Of a DNA stretch of 64,000 nucleotides, positions 1 through 9,779 are shown in pieces. The position numbers and the translations under genes are program-made. This stretch comes from Leptolyngbyaceae cyanobacterium. Its GTDB lineage: Bacteria > Cyanobacteriota > Cyanobacteriia > Phormidesmidales > Phormidesmidaceae. The notes under the pieces are model-generated. The model was not told where the DNA came from, did no database searches, and was given only the letters and a program-made list of their open reading frames with translations. The DNA lies in the NCBI GenBank assembly GCA_050331235.1, contig JBHJHA010000046.1, positions 11,862 to 75,861 of the forward strand, read 5' to 3'. The stretch's first letter is position 1. The number at the start of each line of letters is the position of its first letter.

Positions 1-216
1 CTGCCGCACGCCCTCTGCCAAATGGGAGGCGGTAATGACCCAAAGCGACTCCCAGTCTTCTGCCAACGGTAGAAGCCGATTCGCCGTTGATTGCAGTAGA
101 CTAAAGCCGCTTCCATCTAAGCAGAGAAACTGTTTGGGATGTTGGCGGCGGCTGACGGGCCAAAATCTTTCGCCTTTTCCACCAGCCAAAATCACAGGAA
201 TGACCGTCGGGGGCAT
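1..216 (-). CDS. manC: Mannose-1-phosphate guanylyltransferase, N-terminal part (runs off the window edge)
   Basis: Manual translation from ATG at 216 gives MPPTVIPVILAGGKGERFWPVSRRQHPKQFL, the NTP-transferase/ManC signature. Not in the ORF track. Confidence 0.9.
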   Translation of the reverse strand, partial: MPPTVIPVILAGGKGERFWPVSRRQHPKQFLCLDGSGFSLLQSTANRLLPLAEDWESLWVITASHLAEGVRQ

Positions 217-402
217 AGGGCTGACACTCCAAATATTGTCCGGCCTATAGTACCCAAAGGCTGAATGAAGCAGGATATAATCGCCGTAATCTTTTGTTTA
301 CATTCGGAAGCAATTCTTTGGGATCGTTTCCAAACCTTCTCAACTGGGGGGACCTGGGCGTGGTTGAAGCATTTCCCCAGCACACGTTATCGATGAGGAT
401 TT

Positions 403-1815
403 ATGTCGCCGTCTGTACAACCCCCACTCCACCCCGCAAAAACCACCTCTACACCACAGACAGTCCCCCCCTCAGACCCCTCATCCACCACTAGCGCTGC
501 CCACTCTAGTCAAAATCCGGTTTGGCAGTCGGCCCTACCGTGGCTGCGCCGACTGGCTTGGACGGGTCTCTTTGGCAGTACGGCGATCGCTGCGGCAGTC
601 GGTGGAGCCCTGTTTGCCTCCACCGTGCCCTTGCCCGACTGGCTCGCCCCTAAAGCGAGCCAGCCATTAAACCTTGCTGACCTTTGGCAAACGGGCTTTC
701 GGTATCAAGTTACCCGCCCGGTCAACTTATTAGTGATGGGCGTCGACCTCCCAGAACCAGGACAAGACGATGGCGATACACTGTTCTCTGGCCGCTCTGA
801 CACGATGCTGATGGTGCGCGTCAACCCCGAAGACGGCACCGTGGGGTTACTTTCCATTCCCCGAGATACCCGGGTCAACATTCCTGGTGAAGGCGTCGCC
901 AAAATTAACCATGCCAACTTTGCCGGGGGACCTGAGCTGGTCGCCCAAACGATCCAGTCCAACTTGGGACCCGTCCCCCTTGATCGCTACGTGGTGGTCA
1001 GCACGGGTGCCCTGCGAGAACTGGTTGACCTATTGGGTGGTGTAGAAGTCAATGTGCCCCAGCGTATGGTGTACCAAGACGTGACCCAAGGGCTAAATAT
1101 CGATTTGGAGCCTGGTTGGCAAACCCTTAATGGGGATCAAGCTGAGCAGTTTGCTCGGTATCGCGGCGATGGTAACGGTGATATTGGCCGGGTGCAGCGC
1201 CAGCAGATGCTGATGAAAGCACTACGAGAGCGACTGACCCATCCGACGGTAATTCCCCGGTTGCCCCAGGTCATGCGGGTGATGATGCGCTACGTCGAGA
1301 CTAATCTGACGCTAGAAGAAATCTTGGCCCTAGCCAATGTCGCCATGGAAATTGAACCGCAGAGCCTCCAGATGGTGATGCTGCCGGGTCGATTTAGCAC
1401 GCCTAGCGAATACGTTGCGAGTTACTGGATTCCTGATGAGACCGCGACTCAGCAAGTTTTAAATAACTTTTTTCAGCTAGACGAAGTGACTCTGCTAGCG
1501 GGGCAAGACAGTCGCGCCATGACCAGCTTACCAATCGCGGTGCAAAACGCCTCCGGAGAGCCCCGCATTGCTCAAGCGGTGGCCCGCTACCTCCGCCAAG
1601 AAGGGTTTCGCAACGTTTATATTGTTAGTGACTGGTCGAGTGAGCTGCAGCGGACTCAAGTGATTGCCCAGCGGGGCGACTTGGAAAGTGCTGACCTGAT
1701 GACCTCCATTCTCGATGTGGGGCGGGTGGTTGCCGACTCCACTGGCGATTTAGAATCTGAACTGACCATTCGCGTGGGGCGAGACTGGCTGATGCGGACC
1801 CCCGATGTTCAGTAG
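403..1815 (+). CDS. LCP (LytR-CpsA-Psr) family protein with C-terminal LytR_C domain
   Basis: N-terminal TM helix; GRSDTMLMV, LLSIPRDT, KINHA, FARYR, GDIGRVQRQQ motifs; VQNASG...TIRVGRDW tail. Confidence 0.92.
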   Translation: MSPSVQPPLHPAKTTSTPQTVPPSDPSSTTSAAHSSQNPVWQSALPWLRRLAWTGLFGSTAIAAAVGGALFASTVPLPDWLAPKASQPLNLADLWQTGFRYQVTRPVNLLVMGVDLPEPGQDDGDTLFSGRSDTMLMVRVNPEDGTVGLLSIPRDTRVNIPGEGVAKINHANFAGGPELVAQTIQSNLGPVPLDRYVVVSTGALRELVDLLGGVEVNVPQRMVYQDVTQGLNIDLEPGWQTLNGDQAEQFARYRGDGNGDIGRVQRQQMLMKALRERLTHPTVIPRLPQVMRVMMRYVETNLTLEEILALANVAMEIEPQSLQMVMLPGRFSTPSEYVASYWIPDETATQQVLNNFFQLDEVTLLAGQDSRAMTSLPIAVQNASGEPRIAQAVARYLRQEGFRNVYIVSDWSSELQRTQVIAQRGDLESADLMTSILDVGRVVADSTGDLESELTIRVGRDWLMRTPDVQ

Positions 1816-2037
1816 GCTAGCGATATTTGGCGAAGCTCTAACTCGGTGTGATTGATTCAAATGCACCCGTGTCTTGCGTGGAGTTTGAAGATTGGCGGCG
1901 CGATCGCACTGGCGGTGCTGTGGCTATTGCTGTTTGAAGATGCAGCGATCGCCCTCAGTTCCTCAGCGTGATCCGGGTTGCTTGGGGTCGTGCCAGTCCC
2001 CACTGAGACCTTAGGTCGTCTCTTCAATAGCTTTCGG

Positions 2038-3240
2038 TTAATCAATTTCCGGTTCCGCAATTTTAAGGGGCAGCGTCACCATAAATGTTGAGCCCTCCCC
2101 GACTTCTGAGAAAACCTCAATCTTACCGTTCATTAGCTTAACGATGCTTTGGACAATTGCGAGACCCAGGCCGGTGCCAGCGATGGAGCGTGTTTGAGAA
2201 TTAGAGCGGGCATAGGGATCAAAAATCTGCGATCGCGCCTCCTCAGCAATGCCAATACCCGTATCGATAACTTGCAGTTCCCAAGAGTCTTCATCAATTT
2301 GTCGGCAGATGATATGGACGCTGCCTTCCTCTGTGTAACGAATCGCATTTCCTACCAAGTTAGTCAGTAACTGCTGGACCCGCAGCTCATCGGTCACGAT
2401 CGACGTCGGTGCTCGCTCGAGATCGACGGTTAGCAATAAGTCCTTTTCGGCGGCAATGGGGGTCAAACCATCATCAACGACCTCTCTGATCAATGACTTA
2501 ATATCGACAGAGGTTGGTCTGAGGCGAATTTGTCCTTGGTTATAACGCGAGATTTCTAGCGTGTCATTGACGATTTGCAAAAGCTTCCGACCGTTTCGCA
2601 AAACTCGCTCTAACTGTTTGAGGTTCGTTGCCGTATCTTTTTCAGCGAGTTTTTGGCGCTGACTTTTCAACAAAACAGAGGAGTGACCAATGATAGAAGT
2701 CAGCGGCGTTTTCAGCTCATGGGCCATGTAAGACAAATTGTCTTTGTGAACTTGAAGAAGACGCGTAAGTTCTTGGTTAGTTAGGGTCAGTTGACCTTGC
2801 ATATTACGCAGCTCAACTAGACGCGATTCGATGTAGCTTTCCATGCTGGCGGTAATAATTTGGTCAAAGACTTTATCGATTAAGCGAATAGCATCAATGA
2901 CCTCTTTGGCTGAGCCAGTGAGTAAGCTAGGTTCTAAAGCTACTAAGATAACTTGGCGAAGAATTCGATATTCTCTAACAATTTCAGCTGTATCATAACC
3001 TTGGTCAGCTCTTACTGAGCCATGGCATAGGCTTTGTTCTTCTAATTCCGCTTCGTCACTTTCAATACTTGGGGAAAGTAGCCCTGCTAGCTCCTCTAAT
3101 ACATTCGGCAGACTATTTCTGACCGCTTCATACGCCAGTTTCTTCGCGCTTTCAATTTCCGAATCTTGGTGGACAGCTTCAATCCATCTCTGAGTAATGG
3201 CTTCGACTTGTTCAGTCAAAGCTTGACCAAGGTCATTCAT
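2038..3240 (-). CDS. Cytoplasmic sensor histidine kinase with RsbRD_N-like N-terminal domain
   Basis: AHELKTPL H-box, NLVGNAIRYT, DTGIGI, GTGLGL; N-terminal HGSVRADQGY...EIVREY resembles RsbRD_N. Start taken at ATG 3240. Confidence 0.85.
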   Translation of the reverse strand: MNDLGQALTEQVEAITQRWIEAVHQDSEIESAKKLAYEAVRNSLPNVLEELAGLLSPSIESDEAELEEQSLCHGSVRADQGYDTAEIVREYRILRQVILVALEPSLLTGSAKEVIDAIRLIDKVFDQIITASMESYIESRLVELRNMQGQLTLTNQELTRLLQVHKDNLSYMAHELKTPLTSIIGHSSVLLKSQRQKLAEKDTATNLKQLERVLRNGRKLLQIVNDTLEISRYNQGQIRLRPTSVDIKSLIREVVDDGLTPIAAEKDLLLTVDLERAPTSIVTDELRVQQLLTNLVGNAIRYTEEGSVHIICRQIDEDSWELQVIDTGIGIAEEARSQIFDPYARSNSQTRSIAGTGLGLAIVQSIVKLMNGKIEVFSEVGEGSTFMVTLPLKIAEPEID

Positions 3241-3310
3241 ATATCCGCGCACCTTAAGACAAAAGGCTACTTTAGACTATCACGATTGCTAAAGCCAGTT
3301 GCCGCTGTCA

Positions 3311-4558
3311 TCATAAACCAAATTGGGAAAGCACCTCACCGGTAATCCATTGGGTGTTGCGTTTGAGATTACTTTCTGGTGTGGGCAAAAGGCTTAAGTA
3401 GGCAGCTCGCCGAACTAAGTGCCCCACTCGCCCGGTAAGCATGACGGTATCAAAAATTTCAACTACGCTTGCATCTAATCCGGTTTTTAGAAGTATGCCG
3501 TTTTCAGTGGTTGAGCAGGGTTTTGAGGGCTGTCCCTGAATCATCGAAATAATATTTTTAGCGATCGCGCGCCCCTGTTGATGGGCGATTTGGGCTGTAG
3601 CGGAGCGCGGCGTATGCACATTAATGGCGCAGTCTCCCCCTGCAAAGACATGGGGATAGCCAATGAGTTGTAAGGCAGAAGTCAGATATGGACGCTCGCG
3701 ATCATCTTTATGAACGGGGGCGACCGCGAGTGAGCGGATCAACGGATGAGTCACCGAACCCGTTATCCATAGGGTGGTGGCAGTCGGTAAGATGTGGGTT
3801 TGCTGATGCTGGGAATATTCAACGGTGTCAGCAGTGACGGCATTTGCCTGGGTTTCTAAACGAATATCCACTGGGCATTGGCGATCGCCCAATGCCTGCA
3901 AAGCCGCATCCCGCATGTCTGACTTGACCGTGGGTAAGATTGCCGCGTCGCGATGGAGCAAGACTACACGAATTTCTTGGGGCTCTCCTCCCATGGCCTG
4001 GTATTGCTCGGGCAGAAAGTCCGCTAAGGTTGCGGCTAGCTCAATGCCCGAACGCCCCGCCCCAACAACGACAAAGTTGAGGCAAGCCTGTCTGATTTCA
4101 TCGTTGTCGGTGCTCAGCGCCTTTTGTAACGTGGCCTGAATATGTTGGCGTAAAACCATCACATCTTGGGCGGAGCGAAATGAAAACGCGTGGTCAGCAG
4201 CGCCGGGGCTATTACTGCGAGAGTCAACATCGCCAAGCGCTAAGACTAAGTAGCGAAAAGCATGATTTTTTCCTGAAGAAAGGTGAATCTGGCGCGCGGG
4301 CAAATCGATCGATTCAACGGTATCTTGCCAAAAAGTAGCCTGACGTTTAGCAAATAAATCAGCAAATGTCGGTTGAATCTGCTCCGTTTCGATGTCATCG
4401 CAGAGCAGCTCATATAGAAAAGGCTTAAAGACAAAATCTTGACTGCTATCAATGAGCCGGATTGGCAGAGGACACTGCAAATCACATAGCTCGAGGGCCG
4501 CAAATAACCCTGCAAACCCACCGCCTAATATGAGAATCTGATCGTTGTCTGTGTCCAT
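3311..4558 (-). CDS. NAD(P)/FAD-dependent oxidoreductase (type II NADH dehydrogenase family)
   Basis: GGGFAG and VVGAGRSGIELA dinucleotide motifs; FAGGDC; ATAQIAHQQG. Confidence 0.85.
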   Translation of the reverse strand: MDTDNDQILILGGGFAGLFAALELCDLQCPLPIRLIDSSQDFVFKPFLYELLCDDIETEQIQPTFADLFAKRQATFWQDTVESIDLPARQIHLSSGKNHAFRYLVLALGDVDSRSNSPGAADHAFSFRSAQDVMVLRQHIQATLQKALSTDNDEIRQACLNFVVVGAGRSGIELAATLADFLPEQYQAMGGEPQEIRVVLLHRDAAILPTVKSDMRDAALQALGDRQCPVDIRLETQANAVTADTVEYSQHQQTHILPTATTLWITGSVTHPLIRSLAVAPVHKDDRERPYLTSALQLIGYPHVFAGGDCAINVHTPRSATAQIAHQQGRAIAKNIISMIQGQPSKPCSTTENGILLKTGLDASVVEIFDTVMLTGRVGHLVRRAAYLSLLPTPESNLKRNTQWITGEVLSQFGL

Positions 4559-4776
4559 GTTGATAGGTAATTAGGGCTAGCCTAGGTAAGTCGGGTTGTA
4601 GACAGTGTTTATAGACATCCCTCGGAGCCTAAAGGCGCGAGTGTGGCCATTAGGCACTGAGTCAGTAGGGACGGTTAGCTAGTGCTTCGTCCTAATCATC
4701 GACAGATTAAACCATTGCCGCTAGTTTTGAGCCACGGTACGCGGCGATCGCTAACCTGGCATATCGCTGCAACTCC

Positions 4777-5658
4777 CTAGCTAGAGGTCTGACCACCGGC
4801 CACGTCCAGTAGAGCACCCGTGACAAAACTACTGTCCTGCGAGGCCATAAATACATAGGCTGGGGCCAATTCCTCGGGTTGTGCAGCGCGATTCATCGCG
4901 ACATCGGTATCGTAGCTGCCGACCTTTTCTTTGGGCATGGTCGCGGGAATGTTGGGAGTCCATACTGGGCCTGGCACCACGGCATTGACGCGGATCTCTC
5001 GCTCGGCCAGATTGAGGGCTAGCGATTGCGTCATTATGTGCACAGCTCCTTTGCTAGCCGCGTAATCGACCAACATACCTTTGCCAATTTTGCCAACAAT
5101 GCTGCCGGTATTGATAATCACGTCCCCCGCCTTGAGGTGGGGCAGGGCAGCTTTGATCATGTAGAAATAGCCAAAAACGTTGGTCTCCATTGTGCGCCGA
5201 AACTGTTCTAAAGAAACATCCTCTAGCTTGGGCTGAGCCATTTGGTAGGCGGCGTTGTTGACGAGGATGTTGAGCTGTCCTAGCTGATCAACGGTTTGGA
5301 GGATCGCTGCCTCACAGGCCGCATAGTCTCGGACATCACATTTCAATACCAAGCATTTTTGCCCGTGCTCTTGCACTTTGGCTTGGGTGGTTTCGGCATC
5401 GCTATCGTTTTCGTTATAAAGAATGGCTACGTCGGCTCCCTCCATGGCGTAGGCGATCGCCACGGCGCGGCCAATGCCCGAGTCGCCGCCCGTAATCAGA
5501 GCTACCTTGCCTTGCAGCTTATGGGCGGGCTGATAGTTCGACAAGTCGCTATCCGGTGCGGGCACCATATCTGATTGCTCAGCTGGATATTCCAGCTTTT
5601 GCGCAGGAATCTCGTCGGGAGTAGGGCGGCGTTCTGGGGTGGTCATGGGGGCACACAC
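4777..5658 (-). CDS. SDR oxidoreductase (YghA/YdaD general stress protein 39-like)
   Basis: TGGDSGIG, NNAAYQ, YAASK, PGPVWTP, QPEELAP. Confidence 0.9.
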   Translation of the reverse strand: MCAPMTTPERRPTPDEIPAQKLEYPAEQSDMVPAPDSDLSNYQPAHKLQGKVALITGGDSGIGRAVAIAYAMEGADVAILYNENDSDAETTQAKVQEHGQKCLVLKCDVRDYAACEAAILQTVDQLGQLNILVNNAAYQMAQPKLEDVSLEQFRRTMETNVFGYFYMIKAALPHLKAGDVIINTGSIVGKIGKGMLVDYAASKGAVHIMTQSLALNLAEREIRVNAVVPGPVWTPNIPATMPKEKVGSYDTDVAMNRAAQPEELAPAYVFMASQDSSFVTGALLDVAGGQTSS

Positions 5659-5859
5659 ATCACATTTACTCGATTGATATTAGGCATCAACCAGGCAAAT
5701 TCGATGTCCTCAAGGGATGACCTCTGTGTCTGTAAAAGGAAATATCTTGATGCGCTTCAAGTCTTCCCAATGGGGAGATCCCTTGGCCGACAATATCAGC
5801 GTTGTCTGCACTTGGCCCCTGATGACTGTAGTCGCACCTGAGTTCACGTTGCCATGAGG

Positions 5860-6663
5860 CTACAGGCTGATGCTTGCAACGGAGCCACCATCCACTCGGT
5901 AGTTGGCCCCTACGACAAAGCTAGAGAGCTGTGAACAGAGGAACGTGATCACCGCGGCGACTTCTTGGGCCTTGCCCCGGCGCTGTAGCTCTAGATGGGG
6001 GCGCTTCTCTTTGAGGAAAGTCGCGATCGCCTCGTCAAACCCAACCCCTAATTTTTCTGACCGCTGCTGCATCATCGCGTCCGTCATGGGCGTGGCGATA
6101 AAGGCCGGCGAGACCGAATTCACCAAAACTCCGTCTTTGGCATAGGCCTTAGATAGGTTTTTAGTAAAGTTGAGCAAGCCCGCTTTAGCGGCGCAGTAAG
6201 GCATTTCATCAGTGTAGGGCTGAATAGCGTCTTCTGAAGTGACTAGTACGACTCGCCCCCACCCGGACTTTTGCATCAGGGGAATAAAGCTTCGGCACAC
6301 TCTAACTGCGCCCATCAAATCAACTTCAATGGCCTCGTACCAGTCATCATCACTGATTTCCATAAAGTTGCCGGTCGCGCCAGTAATACCCGCACAGTTA
6401 ACGAGGATATCCACTGTGCCATAGTGGCTAATGATTTGTTGCTTGGCAGCCTCAACTTCCGCCAAATTTCGTAAGTCCGCAGAGACTGCAAACGCCTCGC
6501 CCACCGTTTTGACTTCTTCAACAGTCTCTTGGAGTTGCTCAGTTGTCTTATCCAGCAGAGCAATCTTGACACCTTCGTCGGCTAATAACTTGGCAGTGGC
6601 GCGTCCCATGCCGGAGTCGCCGCCAGTAATCAACGCGACTTTGCCTTTGATGCCTAATTCCAT
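5860..6663 (-). CDS. SDR family oxidoreductase
   Basis: TGGDSGMG, NCAG, YCAAK catalytic motif, VDGG C-terminus. Confidence 0.9.
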   Translation of the reverse strand: MELGIKGKVALITGGDSGMGRATAKLLADEGVKIALLDKTTEQLQETVEEVKTVGEAFAVSADLRNLAEVEAAKQQIISHYGTVDILVNCAGITGATGNFMEISDDDWYEAIEVDLMGAVRVCRSFIPLMQKSGWGRVVLVTSEDAIQPYTDEMPYCAAKAGLLNFTKNLSKAYAKDGVLVNSVSPAFIATPMTDAMMQQRSEKLGVGFDEAIATFLKEKRPHLELQRRGKAQEVAAVITFLCSQLSSFVVGANYRVDGGSVASISL

Positions 6664-6844
6664 GACCTTTCCCCATGCGTCTATCCATAGGCTACAAAAG
6701 CCGCTGAAGGGAACCTATCCGTCTATTGACAGAGGTCGAAGCCGGCTGAAGAGGGATCTTTCCCACGGGGCTCTGCCGCGATCGCCCCTGACAGCGATAA
6801 TGGTGCCGCTGTTGGGCATGATCGCGGTTCAGCTGGTTAGGCGA

Positions 6845-8326
6845 CTAGGCTGCCTGGGGGGTCCACACAGATACGGAACCCGCCTCACAGGGAAACTCAG
6901 CCCAGCCGTGCTCGTTGGTGGTGACTGGGTTGGCAATATGCTCTGTAATGTCGACGTACGTTTGATGGGGCTGTCCCGTTTCCATCCATTTGACGCCGCG
7001 ATCGCCGTTACTCAGGACCACTGCCATCCCTCCCGGATGCTCTGCATTGCCTAGTCGCGTCCAGCCAATGGTGCTCGGATGATCAAAATAGTCATATTGC
7101 TCACCATAGGCGTAGTGCTGACGGGCTAGCAAAAACTTTTCAATCAGCCAGCGGTGACTGTCTAGCCACACTTCATGTTCATTACCGTCATCCCCCTCAT
7201 CTGTATAGTGAGCCCTGTAGTAGTCAGCGTAAAAAATGCAGGGGTAGCCGTCTTGCCGCAGCAAAATCAAGGCATAGGCTAAAGGCTTAAACCACGGCTC
7301 CACCACTGACTCCAAGGACTGCAACGGCTGCGAATCATGATTATCTACCAAAGTCACTGCCAAGGCAGGCTGCTGCTTGACCAAGGTGTGATCGAAAATT
7401 GTTCTCAGATCGTAATTTTCGCCGGCATTACTCGCCTCACAAAAGTTGTAGTGCAGCGGCGCATCAAATAGGTGGACGTCGCCCCCCGTGGTCTCGATGA
7501 AAAAGTGAAGAGCCTCAATCTCGTAAGACCAATATTCGCCCACGGCAAATAGGCGACGCCCGGCAGTGCGGCGGCAGTGATTGAGCCATTCAGGAAAGAA
7601 GCCTGCCTCGACGTGCTTGACAGCGTCAAAGCGAAAACCGTCTATATCTGTCGTGTCGACATACCAAGCTCCCCACTCCTTTAAGGCATCACGGACTTCC
7701 TCGGACTCCATGTCCAGGTCGCACCCCATGAGATAGTCAAAAGCCCCTTTTTCAAGATCTACGTTGTCGTCAAATGACTTGCCCTCAAACAGATAAACGG
7801 CGTCAAACTCGGGATTGTTTTCGTCATAGTCAACGCCATCAAAGTGCCACCAGTGCCATTCCATATCGCTATATTTGCGATCGCGCCCAGCAAACTTGAA
7901 GTGAGTCCAAACCTTAATCGTGCGGGGTTCACCAACGGCTTCCATCCGATTCTCTGGATCAAAGGGGGTCGCGGTGACTTCTTCCGGGGCGTCGCCGCCT
8001 AGCATATGGTTAAAAACAATGTCCGCATACACGCGAATCCCGGCCGCCTTTGCTGCCTGAATGGCCTGCAAATATTGAGCCTTTGTGCCGTACTTAGTGC
8101 GAGTGCTGCCCTTTTGGTCAAACTCACCTAAATCGTACAAATCGTAGACGCTATAGCCGACGTCATAACCGCCACTCGCACCTTTGTAAGCCGGTGGAAA
8201 CCAAATCGAGGTAATGCCAATATCCGCCAGTTCTTGGGCATTTTGAACGAACTCGTTCCACAACTCTCCATTGGCAGGGGTGTACCAATGAAAGTACTGC
8301 ATCATCACGCCATTAGGCTCAGACAT
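6845..8326 (-). CDS. amyA: Cytoplasmic alpha-amylase (GH13)
   Basis: NGVMMQYFHW, DIVFNH, GFRFDAVKH, VGEYW, VDNHD conserved regions. Confidence 0.93.
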   Translation of the reverse strand: MSEPNGVMMQYFHWYTPANGELWNEFVQNAQELADIGITSIWFPPAYKGASGGYDVGYSVYDLYDLGEFDQKGSTRTKYGTKAQYLQAIQAAKAAGIRVYADIVFNHMLGGDAPEEVTATPFDPENRMEAVGEPRTIKVWTHFKFAGRDRKYSDMEWHWWHFDGVDYDENNPEFDAVYLFEGKSFDDNVDLEKGAFDYLMGCDLDMESEEVRDALKEWGAWYVDTTDIDGFRFDAVKHVEAGFFPEWLNHCRRTAGRRLFAVGEYWSYEIEALHFFIETTGGDVHLFDAPLHYNFCEASNAGENYDLRTIFDHTLVKQQPALAVTLVDNHDSQPLQSLESVVEPWFKPLAYALILLRQDGYPCIFYADYYRAHYTDEGDDGNEHEVWLDSHRWLIEKFLLARQHYAYGEQYDYFDHPSTIGWTRLGNAEHPGGMAVVLSNGDRGVKWMETGQPHQTYVDITEHIANPVTTNEHGWAEFPCEAGSVSVWTPQAA

Positions 8327-8575
8327 GACTCAAGTCCTTAAAAAACTAGTCCATTAATATCGCAGGAAAAATCGTATTGCTCAATCGTCCTTTAGATACA
8401 TAGTTCTTCATGGAAAGCTATTTTGAGCTGCTATAAATAGCTGAATTTACCTGGCCTGGTAAAGTTTTTTGGGGAAGCCTAGATCACACTTTCATTTATA
8501 CAAAACGATAGATACATCACACTTGAACTACACCATATGCTAAACAGGCTGGAAGTTCTGACTGGGAGATGGCTC

Positions 8576-8740
8576 ATGTTAAAATTCACGCTTTTGTTTT
8601 TGATCGTTGCAATTGTGGCCGCAATTTTTGGATTTGGCGGTATTGCGGCTGGAGCAGCAAGTATTGCTAAGGTTTTATTCTTTATTTTCTTGGCGTTGTT
8701 TGTAGTTTCCCTCGTTATGCGCTTAGTAAGAGCTGCGTAA
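8576..8740 (+). CDS. DUF1328 (YtjA/UPF0391) small membrane protein
   Basis: [39 protein letters not shown] is the family signature; GGAG upstream of ATG 8576. Confidence 0.92.
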   Translation: MLKFTLLFLIVAIVAAIFGFGGIAAGAASIAKVLFFIFLALFVVSLVMRLVRAA

Positions 8741-8762
8741 CGAATCTCTGATTTAAAGAAGG

Positions 8763-8798
8763 AGCCCCTGCAGATTTCAAAAATCTGCAGGGGCTTTT
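8763..8798 (+). terminator. Intrinsic terminator hairpin between the convergent DUF1328 and deaminase genes
   Basis: AGCCCCTGCAGATTT-caa-AAATCTGCAGGGGCT followed by TTT. Confidence 0.85.
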
Positions 8799-8867
8799 GT
8801 CTGTTTGGCAATGCTTTATTAAGTGCCCATTGACCGTCCACTTGAGCCGAAAGATGAGCAGCAAATC

Positions 8868-9320
8868 CTAAAGCTCATCAAGGGGAAATTCCTTGTGTAG
8901 CTGCTTGCATTTCTCTTTTAAAAGTCCACTTTCAATTTTGTATTCAGCGGGCGATCGCCGAAATACCTCTTCACAGCGCAGGTCAATCATGTTAGGATTA
9001 CTATTCTCAAAATCATCATTGCCGACGCCATATATAATGTGGTGAATGCCCGCCCACAAACAGGTTGCTGCACACATGGGACAGGGTTCGCAAGTTGTGT
9101 AAAGTGTGTAAGTGCCTGGGGGAGAAGCATTTTCCATCCGTTTGGTGAGCTGTCGGATGGCGTTGACCTCAGCATGACAGGTCGGATCATGGTCGGAGTG
9201 AACGGTGTTGCCGCACTGGACAACAACTTCATGATCATTGACGATGACAGCTCCGAAAGGGGTTTCACTTTTTTGGGCTTCCGCGATCGCCAAGCGCATA
9301 AATTTTTCGTCAGACATCAA
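8868..9320 (-). CDS. Nucleoside/guanine deaminase (cytidine deaminase fold)
   Basis: PFGAVIV, HAE and CEPCPMC zinc motifs. Confidence 0.88.
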   Translation of the reverse strand: MMSDEKFMRLAIAEAQKSETPFGAVIVNDHEVVVQCGNTVHSDHDPTCHAEVNAIRQLTKRMENASPPGTYTLYTTCEPCPMCAATCLWAGIHHIIYGVGNDDFENSNPNMIDLRCEEVFRRSPAEYKIESGLLKEKCKQLHKEFPLDEL

Positions 9321-9358
9321 TATTTACTCACCCATCACTGTTTGAAAGGAATATACCG

Positions 9359-9388
9359 TAAAAAAAGAGGCGAAAGCTTCGCCTCTTT
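9359..9388 (-). terminator. Intrinsic terminator after csbD
   Basis: AAAAAAAGAGGCGAA-agc-TTCGCCTCTTT; gives a U-tract on the minus strand. Confidence 0.8.
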
Positions 9389-9412
9389 CAGAACTAACTT
9401 AGAAAAAAACAA

Positions 9413-9595
9413 TTAGTCAACTGCTTTCTTGACCTGATCTTTCACATTTTCCTTGCTGTGCTCGGCTTGAGCTTCTACTTGCTTAGCCTTGCCTTCTGCT
9501 TCATCGGAAGGATTGCCGGCCAAATCGCCGACGGTCTCTTGTACTTTACCTTCGACGTTCTTAGCAGTTGCTTCTACTCTATCTTCGATACCCAT
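9413..9595 (-). CDS. csbD: CsbD family general stress protein
   Basis: MGIEDRVEATAKNVEGKVQETVGDLAGN...EGKAKQ; GAGG upstream of the start. Confidence 0.92.
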   Translation of the reverse strand: MGIEDRVEATAKNVEGKVQETVGDLAGNPSDEAEGKAKQVEAQAEHSKENVKDQVKKAVD

Positions 9596-9779
9596 ATGAT
9601 TAAAGTCCTCTCTAATCAAGCTACGTTTTACATTTTAGAAAACGGCTGCTTTGGTTACCTCTGCCTCCAGGAACATCCCAACCAACCACATATTATTTCG
9701 ATGGGTACATTCTGGCCTGGCTTCGTTCAGTTTAAGATTGCCAGAGCGAAAAATTGCCATCGTTTAATGACAGCCACGA

